Origin: Candidatus Omnitrophota bacterium
Lineage (GTDB): Bacteria > Omnitrophota > Gorgyraeia > S143-82
DNA length: 64,000 nucleotides
Direction: 5' to 3'
Assembly: GCA_015494465.1 (NCBI GenBank)
Contig: WGBD01000002.1
Span: 3,683 to 67,682, forward strand
Shown here: positions 50,492 to 59,279 of the stretch, piece by piece
How positions within the stretch are numbered: the stretch's first letter is position 1
How the letters are laid out: every line of letters begins with the position of its first letter
Notes under the pieces: generated by a model
The model's input: only the letters and a program-made list of their open reading frames with translations
Databases searched by the model: none
What the model was told of the DNA's origin: nothing
Program-made: the position numbers and the translations under genes

Positions 50492-52375
50492 TCAGCCTGC
50501 CTTATCTTCGGACTCCTCTTCTCCCGCTGGGACTGAGTCCTCCATCCCCAGCAACTGCTTTACCTCTTCCACGGAGAGGGTCTCTTTCTCCAGAAGGTAG
50601 TTTGCCAGACGGTGCAACTCGTCAATGTGCCCCTCCAGTATCGCCTTTGCTTCGTTATAGGCCTCGTCTATTATCTTTTTTACCTCCTCGTCTATCTCCC
50701 TGCCGGTCTCGGTGCTGTACAACCTCTCCACATACCCGTCCACATCCCACATGGGCAAGCCTCCAGGATGCTCCCAGACCACATTCCCAAGGCGTTCGCT
50801 CATACCGTACTGACAGACCATCCTCCTGGCTATCGCCGTGGCCACCTCCAGATCGTTGTGGGCCCCGGTGGTGACCTCGTTGAAGACCAGTTTCTCGGCG
50901 ATCCTGCCCCCGAGGAGGACCTTTATCCTCCCCAGTAACTCGTTCTTCTTTATGAGGTAGCGGTCCTCGGTGGGCCTCTGCAGGGTATACCCGAGGGCGG
51001 CCACACCCCTCGGCACTATGGAGACCTTGTGCAGGGGATCCACCACATCCTTCAGGTAGAGAGACAAGAGGGCGTGACCGGATTCGTGATAGGCCACCAC
51101 CTTCTTCTCCTTGGGGCTTATCGCCCGGGACCTCCTCTGGGGACCGGCCATAACCCTCTCTATGGACTCCTCGAGTTCCTCCATACCCACCGCATCCTTG
51201 TTTCGTCTCGCCGCCAACAGCGCAGCCTCGTTTATTAGGTTGGCCAGATCTGCACCCGAGAACCCCGGCGTCTGCTGGGCTATCCTGCGCAGGTCCACAT
51301 CCGGGGCGAGTTTCACATTCCGGGCGTGGACCTTCAATATCGCCTCCCTACCGTTCATGTCCGGCAGGTCCACCACTATACGCCTATCAAACCTCCCGGG
51401 CCTGAGCAGGGCAGGATCCAGAACATCCGGACGATTTGTGGATGCCATCACGATGATGCCCCGTGAACTGTCAAACCCGTCCATCTCTACCAGCAACTGG
51501 TTAAGGGTCTGCTGACGCTCCTCGTGGGCACCGTAGACCACACCAGCCCGTTTCCCTCCGACCGCATCTATCTCGTCTATGTAGATGATGCACCCCTTGT
51601 TAGTGGCCTGGGCAGCCTTTTTTGCCTGTTCGAAGAGGTCCCTCACCCGGGCAGCGCCCACGCCCACGAACATCTCCACGAAGTCCGATCCGCTTATGCT
51701 GAAGAACGGGACATCCGCCTCTCCCGCGACTGCCTTGGCCAACAGGGTCTTACCGGTACCGGGAGGCCCCACCAAAAGGACCCCCTTGGGTATCTTGCCC
51801 CCGAGACGCTGGTACTTCTGAGGATCCTTGAGAAAGTCTATCACCTCCTTCAATTCTTCCTTGGCCTCGTCGACCCCTGCCACATCGTCGAAGGTCACCC
51901 GCTCGGTAGGATTAGGTGGCCTGGTCCTGGCCCGGCCGAACGACCATATCTTGCCCCCGCCTTGCGCGCTCCGGAAGGCAAAGAACCAGTAGAACAGGAC
52001 TAGGACCAGCACCGGACCGAAGTAATAAAAGACCGAAGACAGGAATGTCTGGGCAGGCCTTATCTCCACCTCTGCCCCGGAGTCTCGCAGGAGTTTCAGT
52101 ATCTCCCTGTCCTCGGGATCCACATACAGGTAAAACCGCCTGCCGTCGGCAAACTTGCCGGTGATAAACCCCTCCTTCTTCACCACCGAGACTATCCTCG
52201 GCTCTCCGGACTTCAGGATGGAGTAGAATTCGGAATAAGAGAGTTCCTTGGGAATACCCTCTGTCCCTAACTCCATAAAGAGGTTGACCAGCAGCCATAT
52301 CGTCATCAGTATCACGAACAGGGCCAAGGGCCCGGGCAGTCTGGGTCTTCTTTGTCCCGGCGTAGGATTTCTCAT
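50492..52375 (-). CDS. ftsH: ATP-dependent zinc metalloprotease FtsH
   Basis: 627 aa. [18 protein letters not shown] Walker A, SRF, HESGHAL zinc motif. Confidence 0.95.
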   Translation of the reverse strand: MRNPTPGQRRPRLPGPLALFVILMTIWLLVNLFMELGTEGIPKELSYSEFYSILKSGEPRIVSVVKKEGFITGKFADGRRFYLYVDPEDREILKLLRDSGAEVEIRPAQTFLSSVFYYFGPVLVLVLFYWFFAFRSAQGGGKIWSFGRARTRPPNPTERVTFDDVAGVDEAKEELKEVIDFLKDPQKYQRLGGKIPKGVLLVGPPGTGKTLLAKAVAGEADVPFFSISGSDFVEMFVGVGAARVRDLFEQAKKAAQATNKGCIIYIDEIDAVGGKRAGVVYGAHEERQQTLNQLLVEMDGFDSSRGIIVMASTNRPDVLDPALLRPGRFDRRIVVDLPDMNGREAILKVHARNVKLAPDVDLRRIAQQTPGFSGADLANLINEAALLAARRNKDAVGMEELEESIERVMAGPQRRSRAISPKEKKVVAYHESGHALLSLYLKDVVDPLHKVSIVPRGVAALGYTLQRPTEDRYLIKKNELLGRIKVLLGGRIAEKLVFNEVTTGAHNDLEVATAIARRMVCQYGMSERLGNVVWEHPGGLPMWDVDGYVERLYSTETGREIDEEVKKIIDEAYNEAKAILEGHIDELHRLANYLLEKETLSVEEVKQLLGMEDSVPAGEEESEDKAG

Positions 52376-52379
52376 GTGA

Positions 52380-53357
52380 TCACCCCTCTCGTAAGAAAAA
52401 CCTGTACAGTCTCGCCTTCTTTTCTACAGAGACTCCCAATGGCAGGTCGAGGACCGATCCATCGGGCCAACTCCTCATCATTTTAACAAATTCCTTATAA
52501 TGGCGGAAATCTATTTGCCTCAAGTCCCCTCTTAGCCTCCGAATGAGTTCCCTGAAGACCCCCCTGCGCAGGGCCTCATGGAGACTTTCCACAAGGGTCC
52601 GACTGAACACGATTTCGGTATCCGAGGAGAAGACGATACCGCCCGAACATATCCGCCGTACCACCTCGGAGATAAACGCAAAGTCCTCCTGCACCACCTC
52701 CGCCAGGTCCGCCAAGCGCTGTTTTACCTTGGGGTTAAACTCCTTTTCTATCAAGGGCATAAGGATGTGCCTGACCTTGTTTCGGGTAAAGTCAAGGGAC
52801 CTGTTGGTAGGATCCTCCCGCCAAGGTATCCCCCTGCCTTTCAGGTATTCCTCTATCTCCCTGCGGGTTACCCGCAAAAGGGGCCTTATCACCCTTACCC
52901 CCCTTTCTTCCCTGAGGACGCGCATGGCCCTCAATCCCTGAAGGCCACATCCCCGGATGATGTTCAGGAGGACGGTCTCCGCCTGATCGTCCAGATTGTG
53001 GGCAACCGCCAGCCAGCCCGCATTTAAGGACTTTGCCAAACCGAACAAGAATTCGTAGCGTGCCTTTCTCAATACCGCCTCCTTTCCCAGACCCGAGGGA
53101 AAGGTCCCATCAAAGCTGGCGGAATAGAACTCAAGGCCGTACCTCTCGGCCAGGTCGCGGACGAAGGCCTCGTCCTCATCGGACTCTGGCCTCTGTTTGT
53201 GGTTGTAGTGGGCCACGATCGGATCAAGGGAGAACTCCTCCGCAAGGCAGGAAATCGCATCCAGCATCGCCACCGAATCAGGTCCTCCGGAGACGGCTAG
53301 GATCCCCCTACCCTTTAGACCCAGCTCGGAAAGGACCTCTATGACCTTTTCCAGCAT
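52380..53357 (-). CDS. tilS: tRNA(Ile)-lysidine synthetase (short form)
   Basis: 325 aa. PP-loop ILAVSGGPDSVAML. 4 nt from ftsH. Confidence 0.85.
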   Translation of the reverse strand: MLEKVIEVLSELGLKGRGILAVSGGPDSVAMLDAISCLAEEFSLDPIVAHYNHKQRPESDEDEAFVRDLAERYGLEFYSASFDGTFPSGLGKEAVLRKARYEFLFGLAKSLNAGWLAVAHNLDDQAETVLLNIIRGCGLQGLRAMRVLREERGVRVIRPLLRVTRREIEEYLKGRGIPWREDPTNRSLDFTRNKVRHILMPLIEKEFNPKVKQRLADLAEVVQEDFAFISEVVRRICSGGIVFSSDTEIVFSRTLVESLHEALRRGVFRELIRRLRGDLRQIDFRHYKEFVKMMRSWPDGSVLDLPLGVSVEKKARLYRFFLREG

Positions 53358-53398
53358 AAAAGGATTGATCCCACAAACGCGGGAAGGAAATCTCTAAG

Positions 53399-53472
53399 TG
53401 GCGGTGACTGGACTCGAACCAGTGACTCCGCGGGTATGAGCCGCGTGCTCTAACCACCTGAGCTACACCGCC
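53399..53472 (-). tRNA. tRNA with CAU anticodon (elongator Met or tRNA-Ile2/lysidine type)
   Basis: GGCGGTG-TA-GCTC AGGTGGTTA GAGC-A-CGCGG CTCATAC CCGCG-GAGTC-ACTGG TTCGAGT CCAGT-CACCGCC-A. G1-C72 is paired and there is no GGG/CCC anticodon stem, so it is not an initiator. Confidence 0.8.
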
Positions 53473-53513
53473 ATCTTTAGAAATTTATATAGCACAAAAC
53501 CCGTCTAAATCCA

Positions 53514-53545
53514 ACAAAAAAGCCGACAGGCAAACGCCTGCCGGC
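53514..53545 (-). terminator. Rho-independent terminator downstream of the PEP-CTERM protein gene
   Basis: Minus strand GCCGGCAGGC-GTTT-GCCTGTCGGC hairpin followed by TTTTTTG. Confidence 0.5.
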
Positions 53546-53569
53546 CGGGATCTCGCAACCTCAAACGCC

Positions 53570-54439
53570 TCAGGCCCTCTTGCGCCTGCGGACCACACCC
53601 AGACCGACCAGCCCGATACCAAGCAAAACCAAGGAAGAGGGCTCAGGCACCATGTCCCCGGAACCGGTGGCACCACCGTCCTTGATGGTCCAGTTCCAGG
53701 TAGAGGCGTCGTCAGGATCGCCGTCGCTGAAGTCCGGACGACTGGTGCTGTTGAAGGAGAAGGATATGTCCGCACCGTTGTGCTGGGTATTGGTGTCGAA
53801 GTACGGGGCCCAGGCACCACCTATCACATCGAACAGCATCTCCGAATACACCGCAGTTTGAGTAGCAAACCCATAATAAGTGTAGGGGGAACCGGCTATA
53901 GTTCCCATAGGTGCACCTATCAGACGGAGGACTAAGGTCCCGTTAGTGATGGGGGGGAAGGTGCGATTCCCAGTCCTATCAGTAACCGCTGGTGCAGAGG
54001 AGGGATACTGACCGTAGCCCGTAGGCGGATGCATGTAGACGTCTACGACACCGCCCCAACCGTAGTGGAACTGGATACCGCCTACCTCCTGGACCGCTAT
54101 GTGATCCAGACCGTAGAAGAAGGCAGTGAGCTCGTAATCGGCAGTCGCTGCATCGTAAAACCCGGTGATACTGGTGATCCTCAGGATGGAGTAGGCATCC
54201 TCCTTCCCGTCAGCAAAACCATCCCAGACACCGTCGTCGTATACACCAAAGACATTATCTTGGGGATTGAAGTGATAGAAGGGGTTGGTATTCAACGCAG
54301 TGCAACTGCTTCCACTGCAGTCGTACCCCCTACCCCAGTCATAAAGCCAGTCCATGTTGATGGTCACCGGAGTAGCACTGGCCCTCAGGCCGAACAGGAG
54401 CATCATCACCAACAGCGCGTACAGCCTTCCGAGTCTCAT
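53570..54439 (-). CDS. PEP-CTERM sorting-domain secreted protein
   Basis: 289 aa. Signal peptide. C-terminal ...VPEPSSLVLLGIGLVGLGVVRRRKRA (PEP motif, TM helix, Arg cluster). Y/W/G/D-rich body. Confidence 0.75.
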   Translation of the reverse strand: MRLGRLYALLVMMLLFGLRASATPVTINMDWLYDWGRGYDCSGSSCTALNTNPFYHFNPQDNVFGVYDDGVWDGFADGKEDAYSILRITSITGFYDAATADYELTAFFYGLDHIAVQEVGGIQFHYGWGGVVDVYMHPPTGYGQYPSSAPAVTDRTGNRTFPPITNGTLVLRLIGAPMGTIAGSPYTYYGFATQTAVYSEMLFDVIGGAWAPYFDTNTQHNGADISFSFNSTSRPDFSDGDPDDASTWNWTIKDGGATGSGDMVPEPSSLVLLGIGLVGLGVVRRRKRA

Positions 54440-54499
54440 CCTTCCTACCTCCTTGACTTATAGATGCCTCCAATTTTCGTTCCTTGGCACCAAATTATT

Positions 54500-54516
54500 A
54501 TGCCACAGGTGTGCCA
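54500..54516 (-). promoter_or_regulatory. sigma54-type promoter candidate for the PEP-CTERM protein gene
   Basis: Minus strand TGGCAC-acctg-TGGCAT (consensus TGGCAC-N5-TTGCW, one mismatch), ~65 nt upstream of the ATG. Confidence 0.5.
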
Positions 54517-54602
54517 ACTTGCAAATTATCTAAAGCTCATTAATTGGCAATAGGTTAGGACTTTGATCATTTTCCATTGGGGCCGTCCTGCTGTAAAAAA
54601 TC

Positions 54603-54627
54603 TTGACACCTGTCAAAAAAGTTGACA
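54603..54627. promoter_or_regulatory. palindromic upstream activator site (three TTGACA/TGTCAA half-sites) ~100 bp upstream of the sigma54 -24 element
   Basis: TTGACAccTGTCAAaaaagTTGACA. TGTCAA-N5-TTGACA is a perfect inverted repeat (TGT-N11-ACA, NifA/NtrC-like bEBP site geometry). Confidence 0.4.
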
Positions 54628-54650
54628 CCCCCTCAGCGCGAATGAGGGGA
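54628..54650 (-). terminator. hairpin (7-bp stem CCCCTCA/TGAGGGG) at the gspH-like stop codon, weak terminator candidate
   Basis: A perfect inverted repeat overlaps the stop codon. The U-tract is displaced (GUGUCAACUUUUUU), so efficiency is uncertain. Confidence 0.3.
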
Positions 54651-55102
54651 GACAACGCTGATCTTTCCCGACAAAGAAGAGGCACAGACATCCTTTTGCT
54701 TCCCCAAGTCGTTCCACAGGTGCACGCAGGTCCGTTCCTTGGCCTCTCCGGTGTGGAGGAACTCCACTGGCTGGTCTAAGCGGGCCGAGACACCGCTGGG
54801 CAGGCAAAACTCCTCGCCGACGGGATTCCACTTGCCATTCTGTCGAATCGCTATCCTTAGACAATCCCCTTCTAACCACACCCTGGACTGGGTGCGATCC
54901 AACTGGGCCAGGGATCGGGCCCGGCCGAGGACCTCTATAACCCCCCGCAAGGCAGACTTCAACCTCGCCCGCTGGCTGGCCCCTCTAAAAAAAGGGACCG
55001 CCACTCCCAACATAAGCGAGATTATCACCAGAACGACCAGGACCTCTATAAGGGTGAAGGCCCTCTTACCAGTTGGTGATGTCGTCAGCCACGCCACCGT
55101 CG
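54633..55102 (-). CDS. type II secretion/type IV pilus minor pseudopilin (GspH/FimT-like)
   Basis: KRAFTLIEVLVVLVIISLMLGVAVP prepilin N-terminus. Start set to the ATG at 55102 (MEKTT...). The track ORF starts further upstream and overlaps gspG more. Confidence 0.7.
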
Positions 55103-55497
55103 TCTTTTCCATTGGGACCAAAGGAATACAGGTCAAACTTATACTTGCGATGCACACCCGGATAGCGGTACTGATAGGGATTGCCCCACGGATCCAGAAA
55201 CCGCCCCTCCTGGTCTAACTGGTCTTCCTTGAGCTCCAGATAGGGCCCGTACCAGTTGGGATCGTCGGAATCGGTGAGGGCGGAGACGACTGCCTTTATG
55301 TCCCCCTTGGGATAGCTGCCCATGTCCTGCTGGTACTGCTCCAGCGCGGACTCCAAGGCAGCGATCTCCGCCTTTGCCCGGGATATGCTCGCCCGCCTGC
55401 GCGCGGTCTGATTGGCGGTCATTATAAATCCCGCCAGTATCCCGATAATCGCGATTACCACCAATAGCTCTATAAGGGTAAAACCGCCTCGCCTCAT
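55066..55497 (-). CDS. gspG: type II secretion system major pseudopilin GspG
   Basis: 143 aa. [23 protein letters not shown]..., DPWGNPYQY is the GspG hallmark. Confidence 0.9.
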   Translation of the reverse strand: MRRGGFTLIELLVVIAIIGILAGFIMTANQTARRRASISRAKAEIAALESALEQYQQDMGSYPKGDIKAVVSALTDSDDPNWYGPYLELKEDQLDQEGRFLDPWGNPYQYRYPGVHRKYKFDLYSFGPNGKDDGGVADDITNW

Positions 55498-56354
55498 ACT
55501 GCCTCCCCCCTCAAGGCCTCCAAAATAGGAAGCACCAGCCTAACACCCTTTATCGGCATAAGGTGAACACCTGCACAAAAAGGCCTTAGATCCTCTATAA
55601 GCCTCAGGGCCTGATCTATGCCGTATTTTATCTTATCCTGTGGGTTGTCCAACCTCTCTATCTCGTCTATCATCCATCCCGGCACCTCTATGCCCGGGAT
55701 GTTGGCGTTCATAAATCTGGCCATCCTCTCCGAGCGCAACGGGATAATCCCTACCAGTATGGGCAGACCCAGATCTCCAACTTTGTCCAAAAATCTCAAA
55801 AACACCTCTTTCGTATAGACCGCCTGGGTCTGGAAGAACCTCGCCCCGGCAGAGACCTTGGCAAGGCACTTCTGTCTCTCCACCTCCAGGTCCTCGGCGC
55901 CGGGATTCGTTGCAGCGCCTACGCACAGACTGGTATTCTTGCTTATCCAACCTATAAACGAGACGGTATCCAGATCGTACACCGCCTTGGCCTCAGGTTC
56001 GGTTCCCATGTCGGGCGGATCGCCTCCCAGCACCAAAACATTCCTTATCCCAAAGCTCTCCAAGGCGTAAACATCACCCTTTAAGGCCAAGCGGTTCCTG
56101 TCCCTGCAGGTGTATTGGACTATGGGGTTGGCCCCTGACCGCAGTGCCCATAACCCCGCCCCCCAAGGGCTCATCTTGAGGTTCGCCCCGGGCATGTCGG
56201 TGATGTTGACCGCATCTGCCCAACCTGCGACCGCCTTCACCTCATCCAGAAACGCCGATACATCCGAGGAACCGGGGGGGTTCACCTCCAGCGTGACGAG
56301 AAACGGCCTTTCTTTGGAGAGCTCCTCAATGGACTTCACCCGGGCTCCTATCAT
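55494..56354 (-). CDS. metF: 5,10-methylenetetrahydrofolate reductase
   Basis: 286 aa. MTHFR TIM barrel (VTLEVNPP...NITDMPGANLKMSPW...). Confidence 0.9.
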   Translation of the reverse strand: MIGARVKSIEELSKERPFLVTLEVNPPGSSDVSAFLDEVKAVAGWADAVNITDMPGANLKMSPWGAGLWALRSGANPIVQYTCRDRNRLALKGDVYALESFGIRNVLVLGGDPPDMGTEPEAKAVYDLDTVSFIGWISKNTSLCVGAATNPGAEDLEVERQKCLAKVSAGARFFQTQAVYTKEVFLRFLDKVGDLGLPILVGIIPLRSERMARFMNANIPGIEVPGWMIDEIERLDNPQDKIKYGIDQALRLIEDLRPFCAGVHLMPIKGVRLVLPILEALRGEAV

Positions 56355-57220
56355 CTGCCCTCCAGTCTCCTCTTCAAGAGCAGGTACAGGTTCTCCATAA
56401 GCATGACCGTGGTAACCGGGCCAACCCCTCCCGGAACCGGGGTTATCAGCCCTGCCCTTGCCCTGGCGGTCTCGAACTCAACATCCCCAACTATCTTAGA
56501 CCCCACCACATTTATCCCTACGTCTATAACCACTGCGGACTCCCTAATCCAATCCCCCTTTATCAACCTCGCCTTGCCCACCGCAGAGATCACTATCTCC
56601 GCCCGGGATATGTGTTCCGCCAAGAGTCCCCTTTCGGATGTGGCAAGGTGGCACACCGTTACCGTTGCCCCCCTCTGCAAGAGCATCAGGGCCAAGGGCC
56701 GACCTACCACCGCCCCTTCACCTATCACCACGCACTCCTTGCCCCTTAGAGAGACATCACAGCGGTCCAATATACGCATCACCGCCCGTGGCGTTGGGGG
56801 GTATATCGTATCCTCCTGCCGGAAAAACATACCGTATATGTGATAGGGGCTCATGCCTTCCACATCCTTATCTGGTGAAAGGAACCTCAAGGCATCGTAG
56901 ACATCCACCCCTTCGGGAAAGGGGGTATGCAGGATTATCCCATCTATAGTCTCGTCCCGACAGGCCATCTTTACCGCGGAGTTGAGGTCCTCCTGATAGG
57001 GCCGAACCTGTCGGTGTTTGTACTCTATACCCAATCGCTGACAGAGCCTTTGCTGGGCCCGGATGTAGGCCTGGGACTGGGGATTTATCCCCGACTCTAT
57101 ACCTAATAGCACCGGGGCCCGCCCGAGGTCCTTGCGGAGCTCCTCGAAGGCCCGCTCCAAGGACTGGGCAATCTCCTCGGCAATCAGCCGGCCGTTTATC
57201 ACATTACCCTCTATAACCAT
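56351..57220 (-). CDS. folD: bifunctional methylenetetrahydrofolate dehydrogenase/cyclohydrolase
   Basis: 289 aa. ...VIDVGINVV...PVPGGVGPVTTVMLMENL. Confidence 0.95.
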   Translation of the reverse strand: MVIEGNVINGRLIAEEIAQSLERAFEELRKDLGRAPVLLGIESGINPQSQAYIRAQQRLCQRLGIEYKHRQVRPYQEDLNSAVKMACRDETIDGIILHTPFPEGVDVYDALRFLSPDKDVEGMSPYHIYGMFFRQEDTIYPPTPRAVMRILDRCDVSLRGKECVVIGEGAVVGRPLALMLLQRGATVTVCHLATSERGLLAEHISRAEIVISAVGKARLIKGDWIRESAVVIDVGINVVGSKIVGDVEFETARARAGLITPVPGGVGPVTTVMLMENLYLLLKRRLEGR

Positions 57221-57292
57221 CTTCTCTTCTCCTCACAGGTCAAAACCACAACTCTGCATAGTATCACGCCCTACGGGAATTTCAACACCCTA

Positions 57293-58183
57293 TTAGGCCC
57301 GAGGATGAAACCTCTTGTAAGTCTCCACGATTCGCCTCTCCTGTAGATGGGTGTATATCTGGGTGGTGGCAATAGAACTGTGGCCGAGGAGTTCCTGTAC
57401 CACCCTGAGATCCGCACCTCCGGACAGCAGTTCGGTGGCGAAGGTGTGACGCAGGGCGTGGGGGCCCTTTCCCTCCGATCGTATCCCCGCCTTCGCCATG
57501 GCCTTCTTCACTATACCCCAGAGGGACTGCCGGCACAGCCTTTTGCCTCTCAACGAAAGGAAGACGACCCCGCTCTCCCTCCCCTTCAACAAGGCCGGCC
57601 GTTCCTGCTCCAGATAGGCACGCAACAACCTCTCCGCCCTCCTGCCAAAGGGGACCACCCGCTCCTTGCCTCCCTTGCCTACCACCCGCAGGAACCGGGA
57701 ATAGAAGTTGACCTCAGGCAGGGTCAGGGAACACAGCTCCGAGGCCCGCAATCCCGTCGAGAATAAGAGCTCTATACAACTGGCATCGCGCCAGCGTACC
57801 GGAGATTTACCATCCACGCAGGCACCTATCATCCTATCCACATCCTCTGCGGACAGGGTAGAAGGCAGGTCCACCGGCAGTTTCAACCCCGGAAAAGAAG
57901 AGATCGGATTTCTTTTGAGGACACCCTCCCGGTACAAAAAACGGAAGAAACCCCTTATCGCAGAGAGACACCTGTTTACCGACCTCGGGGATCTGCGCAC
58001 CCTTCTCAAATATTCCAGGAATTCACCCAAGACATCGCCGTCGACATCGGTATAATCTCGTCGGGTAGACTGCAAAAAATCAGCGAACAATTGCAGATCC
58101 CGTTGATAGGCGATCAGGCTGTTCACCGATAGGCCCCGCTCCACGCTCAAGTAGTCAAGAAAGGCATCTATCAGATCTCGCAT
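57293..58183 (-). CDS. xerC: tyrosine site-specific recombinase XerC/XerD
   Basis: 296 aa. R...HxxR...Y catalytic residues (ALRHTFATELLSGGADLRVVQELLGHSSIATTQIYTHL). Confidence 0.9.
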   Translation of the reverse strand: MRDLIDAFLDYLSVERGLSVNSLIAYQRDLQLFADFLQSTRRDYTDVDGDVLGEFLEYLRRVRRSPRSVNRCLSAIRGFFRFLYREGVLKRNPISSFPGLKLPVDLPSTLSAEDVDRMIGACVDGKSPVRWRDASCIELLFSTGLRASELCSLTLPEVNFYSRFLRVVGKGGKERVVPFGRRAERLLRAYLEQERPALLKGRESGVVFLSLRGKRLCRQSLWGIVKKAMAKAGIRSEGKGPHALRHTFATELLSGGADLRVVQELLGHSSIATTQIYTHLQERRIVETYKRFHPRA

Positions 58184-58803
58184 AGGAAAGGATTCGTTCT
58201 CCTCTCTTCACCTATGGTGGTGCTCTCACCGTGCCCTGGACATACCCGTATCTCATCCGGCAGTTCTAACAACCTCACCAGGGAAGTTTGAAGAGATTCG
58301 TAATCGCTCCCCGGCAGATCCGTGCGCCCTACACTTCCTCTAAAAAGTGTGTCGCCAGAGAAGAGGATTCCCTCTACCGCGAGACAAACGCTACCCTTAG
58401 TATGACCTGGCGTGTGCAGGACGGTAACCTCTATAGGCCCAATACTTACCCTGCCCTCTTTCAACGGAAAACTCATGGGAGGAGACGTTACCTCCATACC
58501 AAACATAGTAGAGAGGTTGAGCTCCGGATCGAGCAACATGTCCGCATCGTAGGGGTGGATGTAAATCGGAGCGGAGAAAAGCCGGTTTCCCGAGATGTGA
58601 TCGAAGTGACCATGCGTGTTCAGGACTGCCACTACCGACAGTCCAAGCTCCTCCACCAGATCCAGCACATCCCTGCTGGCGGGATCTATCACTAGGCATT
58701 CCTCTCCCGAGATGACCAGGTAAGAGTTGGTCTCCAGCGGGCCGTTTATCAGTGTCTCTACCTTAATCATATCTACAGTTATTCCACCACTAACCTCTCC
58801 CAC
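58171..58803 (-). CDS. MBL-fold hydrolase (hydroxyacylglutathione hydrolase-like)
   Basis: 210 aa. VLNTHGHFDHISGN. Confidence 0.75.
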   Translation of the reverse strand: MGEVSGGITVDMIKVETLINGPLETNSYLVISGEECLVIDPASRDVLDLVEELGLSVVAVLNTHGHFDHISGNRLFSAPIYIHPYDADMLLDPELNLSTMFGMEVTSPPMSFPLKEGRVSIGPIEVTVLHTPGHTKGSVCLAVEGILFSGDTLFRGSVGRTDLPGSDYESLQTSLVRLLELPDEIRVCPGHGESTTIGEERRTNPFLCEI

Positions 58804-59279
58804 AGCTCTGGAGGCTGTTTGCTAGGCAAAAATCGATTGTGGAACCTACGCCTTATCTCGTCCACCTTCTTTTTGGCCCTGGTAATCGGGAGGTTGGCCT
58901 CCTTTAACTTCAAGACCTCCTTGTATATGGCCCTTAACTGGTTAGCGTACCGCTCGATCTCTTTCTTCTCTTCTTCGTAGTCTGAAGGCAGATAATCCGC
59001 AAGGATCTCTAGGTTATACACCGCCTGCTCCATGCTCTTTTTGAGACGCTTTCGACTGTCCGAGTCCATCGCAGACTTGAACTCGTCCATCCACACCTTC
59101 GCAAACACGAAGTGGCGCTCGTAAACCACCTTGGGGTCGACGCTGTATTCCTCAGATGGGGCTCGCACCGTGGTCTTTTCCTTCTTGGGCTCCCTCACGA
59201 ACTTCTTGGCCAGGGAGCCACAGCCCGCCAACAAGAGCCCTGCCAAAACGACGAGAGCAATTTGCCTTAACATCGTCAT
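58779..59279 (-). CDS. lipoprotein, hypothetical
   Basis: 166 aa. Lipobox LLLAGC. Lys/Glu-rich. Translationally coupled (4-nt overlap) to the upstream GspE ATPase gene. Confidence 0.55.
   Translation of the reverse strand: MTMLRQIALVVLAGLLLAGCGSLAKKFVREPKKEKTTVRAPSEEYSVDPKVVYERHFVFAKVWMDEFKSAMDSDSRKRLKKSMEQAVYNLEILADYLPSDYEEEKKEIERYANQLRAIYKEVLKLKEANLPITRAKKKVDEIRRRFHNRFLPSKQPPELWERLVVE

Noticed and set aside
54484-54517. Plus-strand TTGGCAC...GTGCCAA inverted repeat as a plus-strand sigma54 promoter.
   Set aside because: No TTGC -12 element in the plus orientation and no plus-strand gene downstream. The minus-strand reading gives a proper -24/-12 pair in front of the PEP-CTERM gene.
57293-58183. 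Tyrosine recombinase as a prophage/island integrase.
   Set aside because: XerC/D-like length and motifs. The flanking genes are folD and housekeeping hydrolases. No phage, att-repeat or tRNA junction is adjacent.
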